From positions 124,001 through 170,706 of the forward strand of contig NW_026576165.1 in the NCBI RefSeq assembly GCF_028641065.1: 46,706 nt of DNA, read 5' to 3'. The notes below the pieces were generated by a model, which saw nothing but the letters and a program-made list of their open reading frames with translations, had not been told where the DNA came from and made no database searches. This document shows positions 35,865-44,912 of the stretch, piece by piece. Within the stretch, counting starts at the first letter, position 1. Each line of letters opens with the position of its first letter. The translations under genes and the position numbers were made by a program. This stretch comes from Leucoraja erinacea. Its lineage: Eukaryota.

Positions 35865-36790
35865 CATAGAAACATAGACAATAGGTGCAGGAGGAGGCCA
35901 TTCGGCCCTTCGATTCATCATCCCCAATCAATAACCCGTGCCTGCCTTCTCCCCATATCTCTTGACTCCACCAGCCCCTAGAGCTCTATCTAACTCTCTC
36001 TTAAATCCATCCAGTGACTTGGCCTCCACTGCCCTCTGTGGCAGGGAATTCCACAAATTCACAACTCCGTGGGTGGAAAAGTTTCTCCTCATCTCAGTCC
36101 CAAATGGCCACAGATTCACACAACTCTCTGGGTGGAAAAGTTTCTCCTCATCTCAGTCCCAAATGGCCACAGATTCACACAACTCTCTGGGTGGAAAAGT
36201 TTCTCCTCATCTCAGTCCCAAATGGCCACAAATTCACACAACTCTCTGGGTGGAAAAGTTTCTCCTCATCTCAGTCCCAAATGGCCACAGATTCACACAA
36301 CTCTCTGGGTGGAAAAGTTTCTCCTCATCTCAGTCCCAAATGGCCACAGATTCACACAACTCTCTGGGTGGAAAAGTTTTTTCTCACCTCAGTCTTAAAT
36401 GACCTCCCCTTTATTCTAAGACTGTGTGGCCCCTGGTTCTGCACTTGCCCAACATTGAGAACATTTTTCCTGCATCTAGCTTGTCCAGTCCTTTTATAAG
36501 TTTCTATAAGAAACCCCCCACTCATCCTTCTAAACTTCAGTGAATACAAGCCTAGTCTTTTCAATCTTTCCTCGTATGACAGTCCCGCCATCCCAGGGAT
36601 CAATCTCATGAACCTACGCTGCACTGCCTCAATCACAAGGATGTCTTTCCTCAAATTAGGAGACCAAAATTGTACACAATACTCCAGATGTGGTCTCACC
36701 AGAGCCCTATACAACTGCAGAAGAACCTCTTTACTCCTATACCTGTACTGAAATCCTCTTTCTTAAACATTTGAGGAAGGACATTCTTGC
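35865..36790 (-). mobile_element. CR1 with an internal 59-bp tandem array (about 36050-36380)
   Basis: Unit cacaactctctgggtggaaaagtttctcctcatctcagtcccaaatggccacagattca, more than 5 copies. Confidence 0.9.
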
Positions 36791-37131
36791 CATTGTTTCT
36801 GCTGCTGCTAGGGTGAAGTTCAAACCACAGGCCTGCTAAGCTCCTGCAAGTAAGATTTTTGTTCTTCTGGTGTTGGTTCATATGAGGGTTAAACACTTTA
36901 ACTTCTCCTTTCGACTTCATGAGTCTGAACTAGGGTCCCAACTCGAAACGTCCTCTGCCCATCTTCCTCTAGTGATGCTGCCTGACCCACGGAGTTCCTC
37001 CAGCACTTTGCATTTAGCTCAAGATCACAGCTGGAGTAACTCAGCGGGTCAGGCGGCATCTCTGGAGAACATGGATCGATCATAAGTGATAGTAGAATTA
37101 GGCCATTCGGCCCATCACGTCTACTCCGCCA

Positions 37132-37957
37132 TTGTGGATAAATGTGAGGTTATCCATTTTGGTGGCAAAAACGGGAAAGCAGACTATTATCTAAATGGTG
37201 GCCGATTGGGAAAGGGGGAGATGCAGCGAGACCTGGGTGTCATGGTACACCAGTCATTGAAGGTAGGCATGCAGGTGCAGCAGGCAGTGAAGAAAGCGAA
37301 TGGTATGTTAGCTTTCATTGCAAAAGGATTTGAGTATAGGAGCAGGGAGGTTCTACTGCAGTTGTACAGGGTCTTGGTGAGACCACACCTGGAGTATTGC
37401 GTACAGTTTTGGTCTCCAAATCTGAGGAAGGACATTATTGCCATAGAGGGAGTGCAGAGAAGGTTCACCAGACTGATTCCTGGGATGTCAGGACTGTCTT
37501 ATGAAGAAAGACTGGATAGACTTGGTTTATACTCTCTAGAATTTATAAGGAGATTGACAGTGGATCTTATAGAAACGTACAAAATTCTTAAGGGGTTGGA
37601 CAGGCTAGATGCAGGAAGATTGTTCCCGATGTTGGGGAAGTCCAGGACAAGGGGTCACAGCTTAAGGATAAGGGGGAAATCCTTTAAAACCGAGATGAGA
37701 AGAACTTTTTTTCACACAGAGAGTGGTGAATCTCTGGAACTCTCTGCCACAGAGGGTAGTTGAGCCCAGTTCATTGGCTATATTTAAGAGGGAGTTAGAT
37801 GTGGCCCTTGTGGCTAAGGGGATCAGGGGGTATGGAGAGAAGGCAGGTACGGGATACTGAGTTGGATGATCAGCCATGATCATATCGAATGGCGGTGCAG
37901 GCTCGAAGGGCCAAATGGCCTACTCCTGCACCTAATTTCTGTGTTTCTATGTTTCTA
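37132..37957 (+). mobile_element. CR1 LINE 3' fragment
   Basis: 225-aa ORF VDKCEVIHFG...; normal tail. Confidence 0.93.
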
Positions 37958-38555
37958 TATCCCCTGACTTCGCTATCTTTTAAGATGCTAGTCGTAGGCA
38001 CCCGTGGCCTCAAGTAGGTCGGGGCGTTTTTCTAGCCTGATGAAAAACGTCCATGAGTTAAAAAAGATTGTGAAAGTGGGACAGAACCTTTACAGCGCTG
38101 GAGACCCAGGTTCAATCCTGACCTCTGCCTGTACGGAGATTAACGATCCCGTTACTGCTATCCAAATGTGCGACTGTTTCGTCGCAAATCGCAGGCGACG
38201 GAAAATCGCTATCAAAACATGCGGGGGAACGATTCCTTGGCGGCCGTGCGCGCGCATGTGCAGCCCGCGAGGGCTTTGGCCGCGTCCCTGTGGACGGTAA
38301 CGTCAGGAGCTGACCTGGTCCGATCAACAAAACAGCAGCTTCGTCCGCCTCGAATCGTGGGGCTTGAACGGCAGTTCGCGGGGTCTTTCATCGACCGGTC
38401 TTCAACATCCGGAGATCGCCTCGATGGAGCGGTTTGATTTTAAGCCTCGCCGGGCGATGAAAGGCCCCGCGAACTGGCCAATTCAGCCCATAGAAAGCGT
38501 CTGATATAAAGTCCGGATCGCAAAACACGGGGATTGTTGGCACGGCGATTCGTTT

Positions 38556-38644
38556 TTAAACTTCTGACACATTTACAGAGACGGGGCTCGGCAAAGATGT
38601 GACGTCTTCACAAAGTTGGGTGTCTTCACGCACTGCACTGACAC
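38556..38644 (-). CDS. MHC terminal coding exon (GVSAVREDTQLCEDVTSLPSPVSVNVSEV*)
   Basis: Strong acceptor ctcttccttacttcccag|; open in phase 1 to a TAA stop. Confidence 0.58.
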
Positions 38645-38854
38645 CTGGGAAGTAAGGAAGAGACGGGATGATGCAGTCACAAACACAAGGCGGCAGCAGT
38701 CCAGTATTAGCTGTGTAAACCTCAGCGTTACATTGCCCAGACTCCGTTTGGTAGATTCCTGTCAGTGAAGTGCGCTCTGGTTAACTTTTATGATGCATTA
38801 TCTTTGGAACGTACTTTTGGAACGAAGACGAGGAGGAATTTATTTTGTCAAAGG

Positions 38855-39870
38855 ATAGAAACATCGAAAATAGGTGCAGGAGTAGGCCCTTCGGCCCTTC
38901 GAGCCTGCACCGCCATTTCAATGTGATCATGGCTGATCATCCAACTCAGTATCCCATCCCTGCCTTCTCTCCATACCCCCTGATCCCTATAGCCACAAGG
39001 GCCACATCTAGCTCCCTCTTAAATATAGCCAATGAACTGTGGCCTCAACTATCTTCTGTGGCAGAGAGTTCCACAGATTCACCACTCTCTGTGTGAAAAA
39101 TGTTTTTTCTGATCTCGGTCCTAAAAGATTTTTCCCTTATCCTTAAACTGTGACCCCTTGTTCTGGACTCCCCCAACATCAGGAACAATCTTCCTGCATC
39201 TAACCCTTAAGAATTTTGTAAGTTTCTATAATATCCCCCCTCACTCTTCTAAATTCTAGCGAGTACAAGCCGAGTCTATCCAGTCTTTCTTCATATGAAA
39301 GTCCTGCCCTCCCAGGAATCTGGTGAACCTTCTCTGTACTCCCTTTATGGCAAGAACATCTTTCCTCAGAATAGGAGACCAAAACTGTACGCAATACTCC
39401 AGATGTGGTCTCACCAAAACCCTGTACAACTGCAGTAGAACCTCCCTGCTCCTATACTCAAATCCTCTATGGCAAGAATGTCCTTCCTCAGAGTAGGAGA
39501 CCAAAACTGTACGCAATACTCCAGGTGTGGTCTCACCAAGACCCTGTACAACTGCAGTAGAACCTCCCTGCTCCCATACTCAAATCCTCTATGGCAAGAA
39601 TGTCTTTCCTCAGATTAGGAGACCAAAACTGTACGCAATACTCCAGGTGTGGTCTCACCAAGACCCTGTACAACTGTAGTAGAACCTCCCTGCTCCTATA
39701 CTCAAATCCTCCATGGCAAGAATGTCTTTCCTCAGATTAGGAGACCAAAACTGTACGCAATACTCCAGGTGTGGTCTCACCAAGACCCTGTACAACTGCA
39801 GTAGAACCCGCCTGCTCCTACAGGTATACTGAAATCCTTTTGCTATGAATGCTAACATTCCATTAGCTTT
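38855..39870 (-). mobile_element. CR1 with a 122-bp tandem array of about 4 copies
   Basis: caaatcct recurs at 39459, 39581 and 39703. Confidence 0.88.
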
Positions 39871-40078
39871 GGTTGGCGAATCTGTGGAATTCTTTGCCCC
39901 AGACGGCTGTGTTTTATGTTAAATTCTATAGTGTTGCGTTTATGTTATTTGTATGCTGCACGGTAACTCAAATTTCACTGCACGAATTGGTGTATGTCCT
40001 TGTTATTGTACTGCCTTGTCACTCGCCTCTGGCTAATGAGGGCGGCACTTATGGGTTAACGGCAGTGTTGCTTCCACA

Positions 40079-40307
40079 AGGGCCTGTCCCTCTTGGCGAT
40101 AGTTTTCGGCGACTGCCAGCATCATCGACTGATGCATCGGGTCACCAAATAAAATCGGGGCGTGACGATATACTGACGCGCGGTGTTTCATCGACTGTGA
40201 CGACGTTTTTTTCGTCGCCGTTCGATTTTGAAATGTTCCAAATCTTTTGGCGACCCTGATATGTCGCCGGAAGTCGCCGAAAAAGATCGGCAAGCGGGGC
40301 AGGCCCT
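40079..40307. mobile_element. MITE with long imperfect terminal inverted repeats (PIF/Harbinger-like) nested in a SINE head
   Basis: agggcctgtccc...ggcgat...ttttcggcgact versus agtcgccgaaaa..atcggcaag.ggggcaggccct; right flank TTA. Confidence 0.65.
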
Positions 40308-40559
40308 TTACAGTGTCCGAGACCCGGGTTCATCCTGACCGTGTCTTTGATAGGCTTTTAGATGGGCAGATGGGAGAGCAGGAAAATAGAGGGATAAGAA
40401 TCGTGTACATTGTTTAAACCAGCGTCTTGTTCGGCATAGACATTGTGGGCTGAAGGGACCCGTTCTCATGTTATATTGTACCTTGCTCTATGTCTGTTTG
40501 TTAAGGACCAGAGGCGATAGTCACGCTTAGCCATTTGCGTTTGACGAGGAGGTGTTTAC

Positions 40560-40631
40560 CTGAAGGCATATCTGGAAGGGTCATGAGTTGGCTCTGGATC
40601 GGCCCAAGTTGCGAGTCTCGGCTCTGGTTCA
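40560..40631 (-). CDS. MHC cytoplasmic exon 1 (VNQSRDSQLGPIQSQLMTLPDMPS)
   Basis: atctttctccag| acceptor and CAG|gtaaac donor; 72 bp, open in phase 1; unique island between repeats. Confidence 0.62.
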
Positions 40632-40732
40632 CTGGAGAAAGATAATCGCATGTTTCCACTTTGATGGAAGGAACAAGAAGGCAAGTTATTATCTGAATGG
40701 TGTCGGGTTAGGAAAAGGGGAAGTACAAGGAG

Positions 40733-41178
40733 ACTCACTCTGGCCATGGAGGAGGCCCAGGACAGAAAGGTCGGATTCAGAATGGGAGGGGGGGATGGGT
40801 TGAAGTGCTGAGCCACCGGGAGATCGGGTTAGTTATTGCGAACCGAGCGGAGGTGTTGGGCGAAGCGATCGCCGAGCCTGCGCCTGGTCTCACCGATGTA
40901 GAGCAGCCGACACCTAGAGCAGCGGATGCAATAGACGAGGCTGGAGGAGGTGCAGGCGAACCTCTGCCGCACCTGGAACGACTGCTTGGCTCCTTGGATG
41001 GAGTCGAGGGGGGGAGGTAAAGCGACAAGTGTAGCGTTTCTTGCGGTTGTAAGGGAAAGTACCAGGGAAGGGGGCGGTGGTTAGGGTGGGAAGGGACGAA
41101 TGGACCAGGGAGTTGCGGAGGGAGCGGCCTCTACGGAAAGGGGAGGAGATGGGAGCATCTGCAGTTCCTTCTTAAACA
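40733..41178 (-). mobile_element. Penelope-like element fragment (GIY-YIG region), diverged
   Basis: Similar to 19800-20220. Confidence 0.82.
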
Positions 41179-41196
41179 ATAGATAAGGTAGATAAT

Positions 41197-41709
41197 CGCC
41201 ATAGAGGGAGTGCAGAGAAGGTTCACCAGACTGATTCCTGGGATGTCAGGACTGTCTTATGAAGAAAGACTGGATAGACTTGGTTTATACTCTCTAGAAT
41301 TTAGGAGATTGAGAGGGGATCTTATAGAAACTTACAAAATTCTTAAGGGGTTGGACAGGCTAGATGCAGGAAGATTGTTCCCGATGTTAGGGAAGTCCAG
41401 GACAAGGGGTCACAGCTTAAGGATAAGGGGGAAATCCTTTAAAAACCGAGATGAGAAGAACTTTTTTCACACAGAGAGTGGTGAATCTCTGGGACTCTCT
41501 GCCACAGAGGGTAGTTGAGGCCACAGTTCATTGGCTATATTTAAGAGGGAGTTAGATGTGGCCCTTGTGACTAAAGGGATCAGGGGGTATGGAGAGAAGG
41601 CAGGTACAGGATACTGAGTTGGATGATCAGCCATGATCATATCGAATGGCGGTGCAGGCTCAAAGGGCCGAATGGCCTGTACTCCTGCACCTAATTTCTA
41701 TGTTTCTAT
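41197..41709 (+). mobile_element. CR1 LINE 3' fragment
   Basis: [23 protein letters not shown] and tail. Confidence 0.92.
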
Positions 41710-41870
41710 AATCAGAACCTTTTTCCTAAGGTATGCAAAGTCACCACATAAATGGTACCGAAGTACAGTATACTTGCATCCATGCAAATTGTGGAATTAG
41801 GAAGGGACCGAGACTAGGTTATAAAGAAAACTTTTCCTAGACTGACGAGGATATGTAAAAATGTTCCTAC

Positions 41871-41975
41871 CTTTCCATCTAATGACTCCTCCAGATAGAG
41901 CAATCAGAATACCGACTAATCCAGCCATTATTCCAACCACATATCCATAGACTGGTCCGTTTTGATTCTGGTGAA
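41871..41975 (-). CDS. MHC connecting peptide and transmembrane exon (VHQNQNGPVYGYVVGIMAGLVGILIALSGGVIRWK)
   Basis: tttttctccag| acceptor and G|gtagga donor; 105 bp, phase 1 to 1; Gly-rich hydrophobic span followed by RWK. Confidence 0.9.
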
Positions 41976-42316
41976 CTGGAGAAAAAGAGCTAGAGTCAGA
42001 AGATGTTACATTAAACGCAACTCTATCAGAAGGAATATTGTGGGAGATGGGTCTCGACCCGAAAAGTCGCCCATTCCTTCTCTCCAGAGATGCTGCCTGG
42101 CGCGCTGAGTTACTCCAGCATTTTGTGACTATGTGGGCAACTCTATCAGACTTCGGTTACCCCCCCCCCCCCCCAACCACGAGATTCCGGCCTGCAAAGT
42201 CGGCCGTGGAAGTCAGTCGGTGATGGGAATGGATCTGTTGTTTGTGGCCGGGACCGGCAGGAGAGGAGGGAGCAGGGAAACTTATCAGCCGTAGAAGTCC
42301 CGATTCTGATCCTTAC

Positions 42317-42601
42317 CCCAAACTGCAGTCAGGTTGTCAGGCACGCTCGTGTGTGTGATTTGGCAGGAATAGGTGTCGCCGATTCCACTGGGGTCAACAC
42401 TAAGCTGTAGTCTCATCTGGAACGTCCCGTCAAAGTTGGGCAGAACGTTGCTCCTTAGCACCTCTTGGTCGATGTCTTTGCCGTTCCGCAGCCAGGTGGT
42501 GTTGATGTCCATCGGGTAAAACCCATCCACTCTGCAGGTCAGGACCAAGGGATGTCCCTGTGCATTTGGACGCCTTGAGGTGATCGTGATCGCAGGTTTC
42601 G
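42317..42601 (-). CDS. MHC membrane-proximal Ig C1-set exon (alpha3/beta2 type)
   Basis: ccacttcag| acceptor and G|gtaagg donor; 285 bp, phase 1 to 1; LTCRVDGFYP, WLRNG, LPNFDGTFQ and YSCQITH motifs. Confidence 0.95.
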
Positions 42602-42659
42602 CTGAAGTGGACAGGAACAAACACAGAGTGTCAACGTGCTCAACGGCGTCAGGATTTTT

Positions 42660-44522
42660 AGTCAAGACAAGACAAGACAAGTCACATTTATTTCTATAGA
42701 ACATTTAAAAAACAACTCTCGTTGGCCAAAGTGCTTTGCATTTGTTATAAGAATAGCACAACAAAACAAACTACATACATAGGTTACACAGAAAAGCTGG
42801 AGAAACTCAGCGGGTGCAGCAGCATCTATGGAGCGAAGGAAATAGGCAACGTTTCGGGCCGAAACCCTTCTTCAGACTGATCGGGGGTGGGGGTAGGTGG
42901 GGACAAGAAAGGGAAAAGGAGGAGTAGCCAGAAGGCTGGAGGGTGGGAGGAGACAGCAGGGGAGCTGAGGAAGGGGAGGAGACAGCAAGGACTAACAAAA
43001 TTGGGAGAATTCGATGTTCATGCCCCCGGGGTGCAGACTCCCCAAACGGAATATGAGGTGCTGTTCCTCCAATTTCCGGTGCTGCTCGCTGTGGCCATGG
43101 AGGAGACCCAGGACAGAGAGGTCGGAGGCGGAGTGGGAGGGGGAGTTGAAGTGCTGAGCCACCGGGAGGTCAGCTTGGTTATTGCGGACCGAGCGGAGGT
43201 GTTCGGCGAAACGATCGCCCAACCTCCGCTTGGTCTCACCGATATAGATCTGCTGACATCTAGAGCAGCGGACGCAATAGATGAGGTTGGAAGAGATGCA
43301 GGTAAACCTCTGTCGCACCTGGAACGATTGCTTGGGTCCTTGAACGGAGTCGAGGGGGGAGGTAAAGGGACAAGTGTTGCATCTCTTGCGGTTGCAAGGG
43401 AAAGTGCCCGGGGAGGGGGTGGACCGAGAGGGGAAGGGAAGAATTGACAAGGGAGTTATGGAGGGAGCGGTCTTTGCGGAAGGCAGATATGGGGGGAGAT
43501 GGGAAGATGTGGCGAGTAGTGGGGTCACGTTGGAGGTGGCGAAACTGACGGAGGATTATTTTTTGTATGTGACGGCTGGTGGGGTGAAAGGTGAGGACTA
43601 GGGGGACTCGGCCCTTGTTGTGAGTGCGGGGATGGGGAGAGAGAGCAGTGTTGCGGGGTATGGAGGAGACCCTGGTGCAAGCCTCATTTATGGTGGAGGA
43701 GGGGAACCCCCGTTCCCTGAATAGTGAGGACATTTCAGATGTCCTGGTGTGGAACGCCTCATCCGTGGAGCAGATGCGGCGTAGACGGAGGAATTGGGAG
43801 TAGGGGATGGAGTCCTTACAGGAAGCAGGGTGGGAAGAAGTGTAGTCCAGATAGCCATGGGAGTCAGTGGGTTTATAGTGTATGTCGGTTAGAAGTCTAT
43901 CACCTGCAATGGAGATAGTGAGGTCAAGGAATGGTAGGGAAGTGTCGGAAATGGTCCAGGTGTATTTCAGTGCCGGATGGAAATTAGTGGTGAAGTGGAT
44001 GAAGTCAGTCAGTTGTGTAAGGGGAGTCTGCACCCCCGGGGCATGAACATCGAATTCTCCCAATTTTGTTAGTCCTTGCTGTCTCCTCCCCTTCCTCAGC
44101 TCCCCTGCTGTCTCCTCCCACCCTCCAGCCTTCTGGCTACTCCTCCGTTTCCCTTTCTTGTCCCCACCTACCCCCACCCCCGATCAGTCTGAAGAAGGGT
44201 TTCGGCCCGAAACGTTGCCTATTTCCTTCGCTCCATAGATGCTGCTGCACCCGCTGAGTTTCTCCAGCTTTTCTGTGTAACCTTCGATTCTCCAGCATCT
44301 GCAGTTTCCTCTTAAACAAACTACATACATATATACATGTAGCCCTCAGTCAGAGGACATCAGGAAAGGCTTGGGAGTATGGATAAGTCTTTAGTCTTGA
44401 CTTAAAAGAGTCGATAGAGGGGGCTGTTCGTTCTGATGGGAAAGGGGGATGCTGTTCCACAGTCTAGGGGCTGCAACCGCAAAGGCGCAGTCGATCGCCC
44501 CTGAGCTTGTGCCTAGACCGCG
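42660..44522 (-). mobile_element. L2 3' end split by the Penelope insertion (42660-42781 and 44314-44522)
   Basis: The two pieces join into the sequence seen at 18810-19100. Confidence 0.82.
42782..44313 (-). mobile_element. Penelope-like element (RT C-terminus and GIY-YIG) with an inverted terminal copy, inserted in an L2 tail
   Basis: LPFLDLTI...HYKPTD and IY..C..C..IYIGET motifs; 42782-43045 is inverted at 44020-44282; aaacaaactacatacata duplicated at 42764 and 44314. Confidence 0.92.
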
Positions 44523-44548
44523 TGATGTGAAGCCGTGCAAAACCTTAC

Positions 44549-44869
44549 CCGTCTCAGCTCGGATGGCTCCTTTAACTATGTGCGAGATCATTGGCCAGCG
44601 GCGCATGTACCGAACATAGTTTCTGATAACTCTCTCATTTTTCTTCAGCTCCACTGGCTCCCTGTGCGTTTCCGTATAAACTTCAAAATACTCCTCCATG
44701 TCTACAAAGCCCTGAATGGCATATGGCTCCGCCAGCCGGTGTTTGGCTACAAACGTGTTCGAGGAGTATTCAAAGCTGATGAACTCTTTGCCGTCGAATG
44801 CAAATCGCAGGACCGCCAGGGAGGAATCTTCACCAGCGCAAGAAATGCTCACTTGACCCACGTGCATCC
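44549..44869 (-). CDS. MHC groove-domain exon (class I alpha2 / W-category beta1 type) with an internal L2-derived insert
   Basis: ctcaccag| acceptor and G|gtaagg donor; 321 bp, phase 1 to 1; MHVGQVSISC...FAFDGKEFISF matches the H93/Q96/C101 and A117-x-D119-G120-x-D/E122 pattern. Confidence 0.85.
44649..44719 (+). mobile_element. L2 LINE ORF2 C-terminal fragment inside the MHC exon
   Basis: The + strand reads LHWLPVRFRINFKILLHVYKALNG; reverse complement is near-identical to L2 copies at about 19188-19260 and 45990-46040. Confidence 0.9.
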
Positions 44870-44912
44870 CTGGTGAGCGGAAAATAATCGATGTTACGCA
44901 CCGCTGGGGTGA

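Noticed and set aside
44655-44705. L2 insert removed as a cryptic GT-AG intron
   Set aside because: Only about 50 nt, with a weak donor and no pyrimidine tract; not excluded without RNA data.
42317-44869. Classical MHC class I (UAA) or classical class II beta call
   Set aside because: The peptide-anchoring T143/K146/W147 pattern and C164 are not evident, and the Ig domain lacks the class II beta NGDW motif. CD1-like identity is also unsupported beyond loose motifs.
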